Source: Marinilabiliales bacterium
GTDB taxonomy: Bacteria > Bacteroidota > Bacteroidia > Bacteroidales > SZUA-534
Direction of reading: 5' to 3'
Length of the DNA: 64,000 nucleotides
NCBI GenBank assembly: GCA_003512955.1
Contig: DOTG01000043.1
Location: 5,564 to 69,563 of the forward strand
In this document: positions 29,061 through 39,437 of the stretch, in pieces
Layout of the letters: every line of letters starts with the position of its first letter
Position numbering within the stretch: position 1 is the first letter of the stretch
Made by a program: the position numbers and the translations under genes
Notes under the pieces: generated by a model
Database searches by the model: none
What the model was told of the DNA's origin: nothing
What the model saw: the letters and a program-made list of their open reading frames with translations, nothing else

Positions 29061-29092
29061 CTGTTAATTGTAAATTATTAATTGCTAATTGA
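29061..29092 (-). repeat. Right 7-bp tandem array, inverted relative to 28657-28691
   Basis: CTGTTAA-TTGTAAA-TTATTAA-TTGCTAA-TTGA, immediately followed by the next ATG (29093). Confidence 0.8.
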
Positions 29093-30199
29093 ATGAAAAG
29101 GTTTTTAAGTTTTGTAAAAAAGGAATTCCATCATATTTTCCGCGATGTCCGGAGCCTGATCATCATTTTTGGCATTCCCGTGGCCGAGATTCTCATTTTT
29201 GGGTTTGCTATCAACACCGATTTGAAAGATGCCCGAATCGCTATTCTCGATAAATCGAAAGATGTGACCACCCAGCAGATTACCAACAAGTTGTTGTCGT
29301 CGGGCTATTTCAAAATCGACCAATATTTAGATAACGACCAACAGATTGACGGTGTTTTTAAAAAAGGGACCATTCGCGGGGTGATAGTGTTTGAACCAGG
29401 TTTTGGCCAAAAGTTTGAGAAGGAAGGTTCGGCCCACATGCAACTTATTTTCGATGCCTCCGAACCCAATACAGCTAACATGCTCAATGGTTACACCCAA
29501 GGGATTATCAATAATTTTGTGATGATGGAAAATCAAGCCTCATCCAAAAACCTGACCATTGTTCCCACTGTCCGCATGTTTTACAACCCGAACCTGAAAA
29601 GTGTATTTATGTTTGTTCCCGGAACCATGGCCATTATCCTCATTCTTATTTCCGCCCTAATGACTTCCATTACCATTACCCGCGAAAAAGAGCTGGGAAC
29701 CATGGAGATATTGTTGGGTTCACCCTTAAAACCCATTCAGATTATTTTGGGAAAAGTTACGCCATACCTGATTTTGTCCTTAGGAAACGTAGCAACCATT
29801 CTGACTCTGGCCTATTTTGTTTTTGGATTGCCTGTAGAAGGTAGCTTGATTTTGCTTGTGGCAGAATGTACCTTGTTCATTTTCTTATCGCTTTCCTTGG
29901 GAATCCTGATTTCGACCCTGAGCAAAACCATGCAGCAGGCCATGCTCATCTCCATGGTAGGATTGATGATGCCAAGTATGTTGCTGTCGGGCTTTATCTT
30001 TCCGGTAGAAAACATGCCAAAAGTATTGTATTATTTCAGTTTCATAATGCCTCCGAGGTGGTTTATCGAGATACTGAAAAGTATCATGATCAAAGGAAGC
30101 GGTTTTGCATTGATTTGGAAAGAAACCGTTATCATGGTTGGAATGACCGTGTTATTTATAACCATTAGTATTAAGAAATTTAAAATCCGCTTAGAATAA
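29093..30199 (+). CDS. ABC-2 type permease (YbhS-like)
   Basis: KKEFHHIFRD, FYNPNL, TREKELGTME, LSGFIFPVENMP. Confidence 0.93.
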   Translation: MKRFLSFVKKEFHHIFRDVRSLIIIFGIPVAEILIFGFAINTDLKDARIAILDKSKDVTTQQITNKLLSSGYFKIDQYLDNDQQIDGVFKKGTIRGVIVFEPGFGQKFEKEGSAHMQLIFDASEPNTANMLNGYTQGIINNFVMMENQASSKNLTIVPTVRMFYNPNLKSVFMFVPGTMAIILILISALMTSITITREKELGTMEILLGSPLKPIQIILGKVTPYLILSLGNVATILTLAYFVFGLPVEGSLILLVAECTLFIFLSLSLGILISTLSKTMQQAMLISMVGLMMPSMLLSGFIFPVENMPKVLYYFSFIMPPRWFIEILKSIMIKGSGFALIWKETVIMVGMTVLFITISIKKFKIRLE

Positions 30200-30212
30200 T
30201 TAACAATTAGTA

Positions 30213-31331
30213 ATGAGAACAATCATATTTCTGCTTCAAAAGGAATTCCGCCAAATACGGAGGAACAAGACTATATTACCCATTATCTTTGTTATGCCCA
30301 TTATTCAATTGCTGATATTGGTACATGCAACTACCTTTGAAATAAAAAATGTAAAGCTCTGCGTTGTCGATCAGGACATGAGCAACACCTCGCAACGATT
30401 GGTTCACCGATTAGAGGGGTCATCGTTTTTTAAAATCACGGCTAATACTTTTTCGTTCGATGAGGCTCAACAGCAATTGGCAACCAATAAAGCCGACATG
30501 ATTGTAAACATCCCTTCAGGATTTAGTAATGATTTGATTAAAGAAAATCATGCTACAGTGCAATTGATCCCCAATGCCATTAATGCCAATTTTGCCACGC
30601 TGGCATACAGTTATGCTTCAAATGTTATTTTCGATTTTAATAAAAGCATCCTAACTGAATGGGCAGGGAATATCAGCCCCCAACCCTTAAAAACAATTAC
30701 CACACAAGCCCGCTTTTGGTATAATCCTGAAATGAACTACAAGTGGTTTATGTTTCCGGGGATTATGGTTATTTTAATTACCATGATTGGGATGTTTTTA
30801 TCGGGCCTGAATTTAGTCCGCGAAAAAGAAATTGGCACCAGCGAACAGTTAAACGTCACCCCCATGCAAAAATACCAGTTTATTATCGGGAAACTGCTTC
30901 CTTTCTTAATCATAGGAATATTTGAACTCTTTTTGGCAACGCTTTTAGGAAAACTCATTTATGGTGTACCTCTGGTAGGCAGTATTTGGGTTTTAGTGGC
31001 ATTTACCTTCATTTACTTGCTGGTGGTTTTAGGAATCGGGTTATTTATAAGCACCATGGCCGAAACCCAGCAACAAATGATGTTCATTGCCTTTTTTGTA
31101 GTCATCGTGTTTATTTTGCTCAGCGGCATTTTCACACCCATGGAAAGCATGCCTATTTGGGTTCAAAAATTCAATACCATCAATCCTTTGTCCTATTTTA
31201 TGCGGGTCATCCGTATGGTAATGCTTAAAGGCTCCGGCTTTTCCGATTTGATTGCCGAATTTATATCATTGAGTATTTATGCCGCAGCTATTTTAAGTCT
31301 GGCTACATGGCGTTACCGGAAAACAGCATGA
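30213..31331 (+). CDS. ABC-2 type permease (YbhR-like)
   Basis: QKEFRQIRR, WYNPEMNY, VREKEIGT, LSGIFTPMESMP. Confidence 0.93.
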   Translation: MRTIIFLLQKEFRQIRRNKTILPIIFVMPIIQLLILVHATTFEIKNVKLCVVDQDMSNTSQRLVHRLEGSSFFKITANTFSFDEAQQQLATNKADMIVNIPSGFSNDLIKENHATVQLIPNAINANFATLAYSYASNVIFDFNKSILTEWAGNISPQPLKTITTQARFWYNPEMNYKWFMFPGIMVILITMIGMFLSGLNLVREKEIGTSEQLNVTPMQKYQFIIGKLLPFLIIGIFELFLATLLGKLIYGVPLVGSIWVLVAFTFIYLLVVLGIGLFISTMAETQQQMMFIAFFVVIVFILLSGIFTPMESMPIWVQKFNTINPLSYFMRVIRMVMLKGSGFSDLIAEFISLSIYAAAILSLATWRYRKTA

Positions 31332-31671
31332 TTATAAGACAGCCGGATACCCATGTCTTTGCTTTCACATGTATCTGTAAATAGCAATCTAAAAAGGAAA
31401 TAACTTATATACAACCCTACCTGTTTATAAAAAGAGTAGGCATTTCCGCAACAAAATAATCTTTGTTCTTAAAATCCCCTTTTGTGAAATATTAATCTAC
31501 GAGCAAAGCAACTATTTTGCTGTTCGGGTTCTCTAATGCAACATAGAAACCGTTATTAACGAAACAGTGTTTTTTATCTTTTCCTTTTAAAAAATAAATC
31601 GCTCAAAACAACAATACACTTGAAAATTAAGAGATAAAACAATAATTTTACAAACCTCAGAAAGCACGACT

Positions 31672-32439
31672 ATGAAAAAGATTGTTTATGCCACCCTTTT
31701 CCTTTTTATGATGGGTAATACTTTTGCCCAGGAAAATCATGAGAAATTTAAGAATAAATTCGACGATGTGGTGGAGGAAGACGAATCGGGGAACCTCACC
31801 CTCAGGTTCTTTAATGCATTAACAGGCGACCCCGTTTCAGGAGCCACCGTAACCATTGAAACTGAGAACAGGTTCACTACCGACAAAGAGGGGAAAATCC
31901 GTTTTCCGGCACCTGAAGAAGATGGCTTTTTGCAAGTACATTTTGAATGCCCAAAATATATTACCAGCGACTTAAACGTGGAAGTGATTGCCGGCACCTT
32001 TTTCTTTAACCGGATCAGCATCTCTCCTGTTTTAGATTTGAAAGACGTAAGGATAATCCTGGATTGGGACCAAAACCCGGTGGATTTGGATGCCCACTTT
32101 ATGAAAGAAAACAGTTACCACATTTCGTACCACCATACCCGCATACTGGCCGATGGAAAAGGCGAACTCGACCGCGACGACATGGATGGTTATGGCCCCG
32201 AAACAATCACCATTCATGATATTGACGATTTAGCCACCTATGATTTTTTTGTGCATGATTTTACCAACCGTGCAAACAAAAATGCAAATGACCTGTCCGA
32301 TTCAAAGGCAACTGTAAAAGTATATGCCGAAGGAAAACTACTGTATGTGTTCCAAATCCCACAAGGAGAGCCCGGGACAAAATGGTCGGTGTTCCGCATC
32401 AGCGAAGGCCAATTTATCGAAACCAATCAAATATTCTAA
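31672..32439 (+). CDS. Exported protein with carboxypeptidase-regulatory-like domain and YfaP/DUF2135-like domain
   Basis: Signal peptide; NALTGDPVSGATV..TTDKEG; RIILDW...DLDAH...LDRDDMDGYGPETITI. Confidence 0.7.
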   Translation: MKKIVYATLFLFMMGNTFAQENHEKFKNKFDDVVEEDESGNLTLRFFNALTGDPVSGATVTIETENRFTTDKEGKIRFPAPEEDGFLQVHFECPKYITSDLNVEVIAGTFFFNRISISPVLDLKDVRIILDWDQNPVDLDAHFMKENSYHISYHHTRILADGKGELDRDDMDGYGPETITIHDIDDLATYDFFVHDFTNRANKNANDLSDSKATVKVYAEGKLLYVFQIPQGEPGTKWSVFRISEGQFIETNQIF

Positions 32440-32443
32440 CACG

Positions 32444-33250
32444 ATGAAAAAACAAGTGATTACCGCATGCCTGATTTTTTTATTTATTGCTATCCAAGGA
32501 TTTAGCCAAAAGAAAACCGAAGAATTCCAGTTAATGGGCATTACAGGTGATGCCATTGGAGGCGAGCAACTGTCGCCGGAACAAGTGAAGCAAAAAGCCA
32601 TTAACAATGCCAAGATTAACGCGTTAAAAAAGGCCGGTATTGAAGAAAATATTAATTCCTATACCGACTACTTCCGTAAAGAATCGGACAACACCTTTGA
32701 AGAACTTTTTACCTCCGATATCCTTTCGAACATTGAAGGAACCGTAAAAGATATTGAAGTTGTGGACACCCGCCCCAGCTTTACTGCCGAAAACCAAATA
32801 AAATACGTGGTTACTATTAATTGTACCGTCGTTAAATACAATGTAACCAAAGATTTAAGTTTTGATGCATGGATAGAAGGGGTTCAGCCTTTTTATCAAT
32901 CAGGCAGTGGCCTCACCTTTTCCATAAAACCTACCATCCCTTGCTATGCCAGGGTTTTTGCTTTTACCGATGAGCCTTACCCAATCTACCCAAACGAGTG
33001 GGAAAAATCGAAATTGTTGCCCGCGCTTGAAATCACAAACTTCCCCGATCTTGACAAAATAAATTCCTATGAGGTTTCTGCTGAAAAGAAGGATAAAGAG
33101 ACACACCGGTTGATCATTGTGCTATTAAAAAATGACCTTTACTATACCGGAAAAGTTGGGTATAAAGAAATTATCGATTGGATCATGACCATTCCTCCCG
33201 ACGAACGCAAACTGGAAACTTTTACTTTTGAGGTCTTTAAAAAGAAATAA
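32444..33250 (+). CDS. Exported hypothetical protein, possibly DUF4384-like C-terminus
   Basis: Start MKKQVI 4 nt after the previous stop; signal peptide; AINNAKINALKKAG; Y..G..LTF.I...IYPN. Confidence 0.6.
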   Translation: MKKQVITACLIFLFIAIQGFSQKKTEEFQLMGITGDAIGGEQLSPEQVKQKAINNAKINALKKAGIEENINSYTDYFRKESDNTFEELFTSDILSNIEGTVKDIEVVDTRPSFTAENQIKYVVTINCTVVKYNVTKDLSFDAWIEGVQPFYQSGSGLTFSIKPTIPCYARVFAFTDEPYPIYPNEWEKSKLLPALEITNFPDLDKINSYEVSAEKKDKETHRLIIVLLKNDLYYTGKVGYKEIIDWIMTIPPDERKLETFTFEVFKKK

Positions 33251-33271
33251 TCTTTCTGACAATTACTGGAT

Positions 33272-33332
33272 AAATGAGCAAATTGGTTGAACTCCAACCA
33301 ATTTGCTCATTTGTTTAATTGTTCAATTACAA
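33272..33332. repeat. Perfect 18-bp hairpin with 8-bp-periodic extension
   Basis: AAATGAGCAAATTGGTTG-AACTC-CAACCAATTTGCTCATTT, continuing as ATTTGCTC-ATTTGTTT-AATTGTTC-AATTACAA. Confidence 0.7.
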
Positions 33333-33379
33333 ATCTCCTATTTTCTTATCTTTGCCCATATTTAAATCATGACAAACGC

Positions 33380-34375
33380 ATGTTTAATTTAGGGAAAATA
33401 GGGATTGTAGGCGGTGGAAGTTGGGCAACAGCCAATGCTAAAATCATTCTTGAGAAAAAACAGCCCATCAATTGGTTTATACACGAGGCAGATGTGGTCG
33501 AGCATATCAAAGAATTCGGGAACAATCCAAAATACCTGAGCGATGTGGAATTCGATCCCGAGCTATTGAATCTTACCAGTGATATTAACCAACTGGTTTC
33601 AGAGTCGGATACAGTGATGTTCATCATCCCCTCGGCATATTTAAAATTTGCTTTGCAGGGTCTGACAGTTTCTTTGAAAGGTAAAACTGTGGTTTCAGCC
33701 ATTAAGGGAATTGTGCCCGACGACAATCTTTTGGTTGGCGAATTTCTTCACGACAAATACAATGTCCCTTATGAATCACTTGGGATTATCTCAGGCCCAT
33801 GCCATGCTGAGGAAGTAGCCTTGGAACGGTTGTCGTATCTAACCATTGCTTTTATTCACGAAGAAAAGGCAAAAGCCTTGACTGAACTGTATAACAACCA
33901 CTACATCCGTACCAACTTGTCGGACGATATTCTGGGAACCGAATATGCTGCGGTATTAAAAAACATTTACGCATTAGGTTCGGGTATCTGCAATGGGTTG
34001 GGTTTTGGCGACAATTTTCAGGCTGTGCTTATCTCCAATGCCATCCGCGAAATGAAACGGTTTACCGATACCGTGTATCCCATCCATCGGGATATTAAAG
34101 ACAGTGCCTACTTGGGAGACCTTTTGGTTACAGCCTATTCACAATTTAGCCGCAACCGCTATTTTGGAACCATGGTAGGTAAAGGTTATACCATTAAATA
34201 CATCATGAGCGAAATGAACATGGTGGCCGAAGGGTATTTTGCCTCTAAAGGCATTTGGGAAATAAACAAAAAACACCGGGTGACCATGCCCATTGCCGAT
34301 AGCATCTACCAAATCCTTTACGAGAAACAATCGCCGCGCAGGATTATTAACGAACTGACCGAAAAGCTTACCTAG
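33380..34375 (+). CDS. gpsA: NAD(P)H-dependent glycerol-3-phosphate dehydrogenase
   Basis: GGGSWATA, SGPCHAEEV, LKNIYA, GDLLVTAYSQFSRNR, AEGY; -7 element TATCTTTG at 33347-33354. Confidence 0.95.
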   Translation: MFNLGKIGIVGGGSWATANAKIILEKKQPINWFIHEADVVEHIKEFGNNPKYLSDVEFDPELLNLTSDINQLVSESDTVMFIIPSAYLKFALQGLTVSLKGKTVVSAIKGIVPDDNLLVGEFLHDKYNVPYESLGIISGPCHAEEVALERLSYLTIAFIHEEKAKALTELYNNHYIRTNLSDDILGTEYAAVLKNIYALGSGICNGLGFGDNFQAVLISNAIREMKRFTDTVYPIHRDIKDSAYLGDLLVTAYSQFSRNRYFGTMVGKGYTIKYIMSEMNMVAEGYFASKGIWEINKKHRVTMPIADSIYQILYEKQSPRRIINELTEKLT

Positions 34376-34411
34376 ACTCAATTTCAACAACAATATAAAT
34401 TTTGCACAAAA

Positions 34412-35752
34412 ATGACAAAAATTAAAATCGATTATTCAAAGACCTTGGGCTTTATCCGTAAAGAAGATATTTTCGGATTCCAGGGCGAGATAAATGCGCA
34501 CATTGAGGCACTTTACAAAAAAACAGGTAAAGGGAATGACTTCCTGGGGTGGGTAAATCTACCCTCTTCCATTTCATTCGAAGCACTGAAAGACATCCAA
34601 CTTACAGCCGACCAATTTAAAAAAGATTGTGAGATAGTGGTTGTAGTGGGTATCGGGGGATCCTATCTTGGTTCAAAAGCAGTTATTGATGCCCTTTCCG
34701 ATAATTTTATCCAGCTCAAAGAACGCAGAAATCCCTTGGTAGTTTTTGCCGGCCAAAACATCAGCGAAGATTACATGACCGAACTCCGGAATATGCTTCA
34801 TTCGCGTAGCTGGGGAATCGTGGTTATTTCAAAATCGGGAACTACCACCGAACCTGCCATTGCTTTCCGTATCTTAAAAACCGATTTGGAGAAGAAATAC
34901 GGAAAAGAAAATGCTGCCAAACGTACGGTTGCCATCACCGATGAGAAAAAAGGGGCATTAAGGACCTTGGCCACTCAGGAGGGATACAAAACCTTTGTAA
35001 TCCCCGATGATGTGGGCGGACGTTTCAGCGTGTTGACCCCAGTGGGTCTTTTGCCCATTGCCATTGCCGGATTCGATATTACTCAATTGGTTAAAGGTGC
35101 GGTTGATATGGAGAAACAAACCGGCGCCTCAACCAAATTTGAGGATAACCCTGCCGCTATTTATGCCGCTACACGCAATGCCCTGCTACGCAAAGGCAAA
35201 GGAATTGAAATTATGGTAAACTACAATCCGAAACTGCACTATGTGGCAGAATGGTGGAAACAGTTATATGGCGAAAGCGAAGGCAAAGAGGGTAAAGGAA
35301 TTTTCCCGGCAAGTGTCGATTTTACTTCCGATTTGCATAGTATGGGTCAATATATCCAAGAGGGTCAGCGGAATTTATTCGAGACAGTGCTTTCCATTGC
35401 CCAACCGGATTCTAAAGTAGTGATTGAAAAAGATGCAACCAATTTGGATGGATTGAATTTCCTGGCCGGGAAACGGATGGATGAGGTGAATAAAATGGCT
35501 GAATTGGGAACCATTATCGCCCACGTTGATGGTAATGTTCCTAACATCCGGGTAGAATTGCCTTTGTTAAACGAATACTTTCTGGGGCAGTTGATTTATT
35601 TCTACGAAATTGCCTGTGGAATTTCAGGTTACATCTTAGGAGTGAATCCTTTCGATCAGCCAGGGGTGGAGGCTTACAAGAAAAACATGTTTGCCTTATT
35701 GGAAAAACCTGGCTTTGAAGCCGAAACTAAAGCAATTAAAGCAAGATTGTAA
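34412..35752 (+). CDS. pgi: Glucose-6-phosphate isomerase
   Basis: [48 protein letters not shown]. Confidence 0.97.
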   Translation: MTKIKIDYSKTLGFIRKEDIFGFQGEINAHIEALYKKTGKGNDFLGWVNLPSSISFEALKDIQLTADQFKKDCEIVVVVGIGGSYLGSKAVIDALSDNFIQLKERRNPLVVFAGQNISEDYMTELRNMLHSRSWGIVVISKSGTTTEPAIAFRILKTDLEKKYGKENAAKRTVAITDEKKGALRTLATQEGYKTFVIPDDVGGRFSVLTPVGLLPIAIAGFDITQLVKGAVDMEKQTGASTKFEDNPAAIYAATRNALLRKGKGIEIMVNYNPKLHYVAEWWKQLYGESEGKEGKGIFPASVDFTSDLHSMGQYIQEGQRNLFETVLSIAQPDSKVVIEKDATNLDGLNFLAGKRMDEVNKMAELGTIIAHVDGNVPNIRVELPLLNEYFLGQLIYFYEIACGISGYILGVNPFDQPGVEAYKKNMFALLEKPGFEAETKAIKARL

Positions 35753-35772
35753 GAAAATTGAATGAAGATATG

Positions 35773-35809
35773 AAGCGCAAATGGAAAGAAAGTTCATTTG
35801 CGCTTTTTT
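35773..35809 (+). terminator. Intrinsic terminator after pgi
   Basis: AAGCGCAAATG...CATTTGCGCTTTTTT hairpin. Confidence 0.8.
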
Positions 35810-35811
35810 AT

Positions 35812-36339
35812 TTAAAAGCTATCAACTTGCTCTGCATTGGGATCCGGTTTGTTTTTTTCCTTTAAGTCATTCAGGTAGTTTCTAATCCTTTTTTTAGTAG
35901 GATCAGCAAATAAATTAATAAACCGCTTCACGGGATTGGCCACATAAACCTCTTCCGACATCCGGATAGCGGTTTTTCCTTTGTAATCGGCAAGTGTAAT
36001 TACACGCATCAGTTGACGTCCATCGGGTTTATGAATAATCCGGATATAATCTGTCTCCGTAGTTTTTTGGGTAATCAACAAAACAGAATCACCATTGGTA
36101 TAATATTCCATCCAGGCATCTTGTCCGTCAACTACATCCTTTTGAATCATGGTATCTAAGTCATGCCTCCAGACAGATTCTTCCCAATGGTTTGTAATAT
36201 CTGCCAGAATAAAAAAATACATCTTATCAATTAAATCCATTTCGGTTACCAAACGTTCCTTGGGCTGAAAAAGTCCGATAATCAAAGGTGTAACTAAAAC
36301 AGATGCCAGAATGATCCCAATTTTTACTCCTGCTTTCAT
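35812..36339 (-). CDS. Membrane-anchored hypothetical protein, possibly SRPBCC-like
   Basis: N-terminal TM helix; W..WRHDL and YLNDLK patterns. Confidence 0.55.
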   Translation of the reverse strand: MKAGVKIGIILASVLVTPLIIGLFQPKERLVTEMDLIDKMYFFILADITNHWEESVWRHDLDTMIQKDVVDGQDAWMEYYTNGDSVLLITQKTTETDYIRIIHKPDGRQLMRVITLADYKGKTAIRMSEEVYVANPVKRFINLFADPTKKRIRNYLNDLKEKNKPDPNAEQVDSF

Positions 36340-36600
36340 CTTTCCTTAGATTTTTGTTAAAGATAGGATTTTTTCAATTCTGTAACCCAAATTCAGCAAT
36401 GGAAATGCTGAATCGACTAAGGTTTTGTAAATCACATTATAAAAAACATGATAACAAAATATATTTTGGAGAACCCCCGATTAACGCAAATAGTTGCTAC
36501 TATAAGCACTTTTATCGCTTAGCATGGGATAAAATAAAACCCATGTAAGATTCAACCTTTTGAAGTTGAAAATACACAGGTCGCAAAAAAATCAAATATT

Positions 36601-37905
36601 TTAAACCACGAAATGGAAATGCGGCCCAAAACGCTCAAATGCCGCTTTATCAAGAGATTCGCGGTGATCGGGATGAGCAATACTAATAATGAGTTTTGCC
36701 CTTTCTTGCAACGATTTTCCGTACAAATTCACCGCGCCAAATTCCGTGACCAGCCAATGCATGTTGGAACGTGTGGTTACCACACCAGCTCCCACATGTA
36801 AGGTAGGTGCAATCTTGCTCATCCCTTTTTGAGTTACCGATGGCATGGCAATGATAGGTTTCCCACCCGGGCTCATGGAGGCACCCCGGATAAAGTCAAT
36901 TTGTCCGCCTACTCCCGAGTAGTGCTTGGTCCCAATGGAATCGGAACATACCTGCCCGGTTAAGTCCACCTGAATGGCCGAATTGATTGCTGTAACTTTT
37001 GGATTCCGACATATCACATTGATATCGTTGGTGTAACGCACATCTTTCATAATTACACCGGGGTTGTCATCCACAAAGTCATATAATTTTTTACTCCCCA
37101 TTAAAAAGGTAGATGTCATTTTACCCACATCAATCCCTTTCATGGCCCCATTCACAACACCGTTTTCAACCAAAGGTAAAATACCGTCGGCAAACATTTC
37201 GGTATGAATGCCAATGTTTTTGTGGTTCCCCAGTTGCGAAAGAACCGCATTTGGAATAGCCCCGATACCCATCTGCAAAGTTGCACCATCGTCAATAAGT
37301 GCAGCTACATTGCGCCCTATGGCAGCCTCTATCGGATCAGGATCGGTAAAATGGGCTTCAATAAGCGGGCTGTTATCTTCACAGAAAATATCGATGCAAT
37401 TGGCACGGATCATGGCATCGCCAAAAGCCCTCGGCATATTTGGATTAATTACCCCAATAACCGTATCGGCGGTTTGAACAGCAGCCAAAGTTGCATCCAC
37501 CGAAGTTCCTAACGAAACATAACCATGCTTGTCGATGGGAGAAACCTGAACCATGGCCACATTTACTTTGGTGTATCCTTCGCGGATGAGGCGTTGGGTC
37601 TCGTGCAAAAACACTGGAATGTAATCGGCATAGCCCTCCTGTGTATCCTGCCGCACATTGTGCCCGACAAAAAAACTCTGTAACTGGAAAATGCCTTCAA
37701 ATTCTTTCGATGCGTAAGGAGCAGGCCCCTCGGTGTGCAGATGCTGAATTTTCACATTCTTAAACTCCCGGTTCCGCCCACGCTCGCACATGGCCTCAAT
37801 TAACTTCTGGGGTGCACAGGCTACACTGTGGATATGGATCCTATCGCCTGTTTTGATAACTTTCACAGCCTCTTGGGCCGAAACAAACTTAATATTTTGG
37901 TGCAT
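36601..37905 (-). CDS. Acetyl-CoA hydrolase/4-hydroxybutyrate CoA-transferase family protein
   Basis: LQMGIGAIP, GIHTEMF, SGVGGQIDF, LVTEFG, IAHPDHRE. Confidence 0.93.
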   Translation of the reverse strand: MHQNIKFVSAQEAVKVIKTGDRIHIHSVACAPQKLIEAMCERGRNREFKNVKIQHLHTEGPAPYASKEFEGIFQLQSFFVGHNVRQDTQEGYADYIPVFLHETQRLIREGYTKVNVAMVQVSPIDKHGYVSLGTSVDATLAAVQTADTVIGVINPNMPRAFGDAMIRANCIDIFCEDNSPLIEAHFTDPDPIEAAIGRNVAALIDDGATLQMGIGAIPNAVLSQLGNHKNIGIHTEMFADGILPLVENGVVNGAMKGIDVGKMTSTFLMGSKKLYDFVDDNPGVIMKDVRYTNDINVICRNPKVTAINSAIQVDLTGQVCSDSIGTKHYSGVGGQIDFIRGASMSPGGKPIIAMPSVTQKGMSKIAPTLHVGAGVVTTRSNMHWLVTEFGAVNLYGKSLQERAKLIISIAHPDHRESLDKAAFERFGPHFHFVV

Positions 37906-38004
37906 AGTTGCTTGATTTTGAGTTTTCAAAAAACGATGCCAAAGTAATAATTTATTTTCGACCTGTTTTCTGCGATGGCTATGATAAAAGTCAGGGTTTT
38001 CGGG

Positions 38005-39429
38005 TTATTTACCACTGGCCTGAAAGATGGTCTTAATGGTGTAAATCATGATTTTTAAATCTACATAAAGGGACATATCCTCTAAATAAATGATGTCGTA
38101 ATTCAGCCGTTTGATCATCTCCTCTACATTCTCGGCATATCCAAATTTCACCTGCCCCCAGGAAGTGATGCCTGGCCGCACTTTAAACAAAAGCAAGTAA
38201 TGTGGGGCACGTTGTACTATCTGCTCCACATAATATTCACGTTCGGGTCGTGGTCCGACAATTGACATATCTCCCTTTAGAACATTGTAAAATTGAGGGA
38301 TTTCATCAAACCTCATTTTCCGCATCATCCTCCCAAAGGGAGTCACCCTGGGATCCTCTTTACTGCTGAGAGCGGGTCCATTTTTTTCAGCATCAACATA
38401 CATCGACCTGAACTTATAAATCCGGAACGGTTTCCCGTATCGTCCCATCCGCTTATGTGAATATAAAATAGGCCCTTTGGAGGACAGTTTTACCCCAATG
38501 GTTAAAAAAAGCAGAAATGGGCTCAGCAAAATGAGTGCAATGCTGGAAAACAATACATCAATAACCCTTTTCATATTCTCCTGCCATGCTGGCAGAAACT
38601 CGTGCGACAGTTCAATCAAAGGGACCCCAAACAGGGAGGACATCTTCACGGAGCCCGAAAGAATATCCAATAAATCGGGAATGGCTTTCGCCATCACTTT
38701 GGTGGCCTTGGTTTTTACCAATATCTGCTGAATCTTCTCCCTTTCGGATGGTTCAATCGCGATGATCACTTCTTCGATTTTTTGATTATTGATTGTATCT
38801 ATCAAATTCTCTAACTTTCCTAAATGCGGGATGTAACCGCTCAATGGGGTTTTTGCCCCACCATTAATGGTAACAAATCCCATGATTTGATTTCCTGCCG
38901 ATTTTGGTTCTGCTCTCATATCCAGATAGAGTTGTAGCGCCTGCTCATTGCTCCCAATAATCAGTGTAGGGAATCCAATTTTCTGATTTTGAATTTTAGA
39001 ATTGGTGATGGTTGTGAAGGTGACCCTTGGTAAGTAGGTTAAAATAAAATGGATGCTCCACAAAAAGAAAAACGACTGGTAATAGTTTTTATAAGAGATA
39101 ATGGTGTCGTCGAGAATGAGCAAGAAGAAGATCAGAATCACTCCAAGAGTGGTAATAAAAATAGTTCTACCCAATTCCTGAAGCCTCGATTTCCGGAAAA
39201 TGTTATGATACTCACCCGACACATAATAAATCAACAGCCAAAACAAGGGTATCAGAACCAGCCCGGCGATCAGTTTTTTATCCAATAAATCATTGTTGGT
39301 AAAGGGGTGATAAGGTGTGGCTGTAATAATTTTTCGATAAACAAAAAACACAAACCATGAAATCATAGCAGCAAAGTAATCGGCTATCACATATTTAGCT
39401 ACCTGAATCCTGGGTTTCTTTTGCTCCAT
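38005..39429 (-). CDS. Polyprenyl-phosphate sugar-1-phosphate transferase (WcaJ/WbaP-like)
   Basis: KRVIDV, YKFRSM, DPRVT, DEIPQFYNVLKGDMSIVGPRPE, PGITSWGQV. Confidence 0.93.
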   Translation of the reverse strand: MEQKKPRIQVAKYVIADYFAAMISWFVFFVYRKIITATPYHPFTNNDLLDKKLIAGLVLIPLFWLLIYYVSGEYHNIFRKSRLQELGRTIFITTLGVILIFFLLILDDTIISYKNYYQSFFFLWSIHFILTYLPRVTFTTITNSKIQNQKIGFPTLIIGSNEQALQLYLDMRAEPKSAGNQIMGFVTINGGAKTPLSGYIPHLGKLENLIDTINNQKIEEVIIAIEPSEREKIQQILVKTKATKVMAKAIPDLLDILSGSVKMSSLFGVPLIELSHEFLPAWQENMKRVIDVLFSSIALILLSPFLLFLTIGVKLSSKGPILYSHKRMGRYGKPFRIYKFRSMYVDAEKNGPALSSKEDPRVTPFGRMMRKMRFDEIPQFYNVLKGDMSIVGPRPEREYYVEQIVQRAPHYLLLFKVRPGITSWGQVKFGYAENVEEMIKRLNYDIIYLEDMSLYVDLKIMIYTIKTIFQASGK

Positions 39430-39437
39430 ACACCTCT

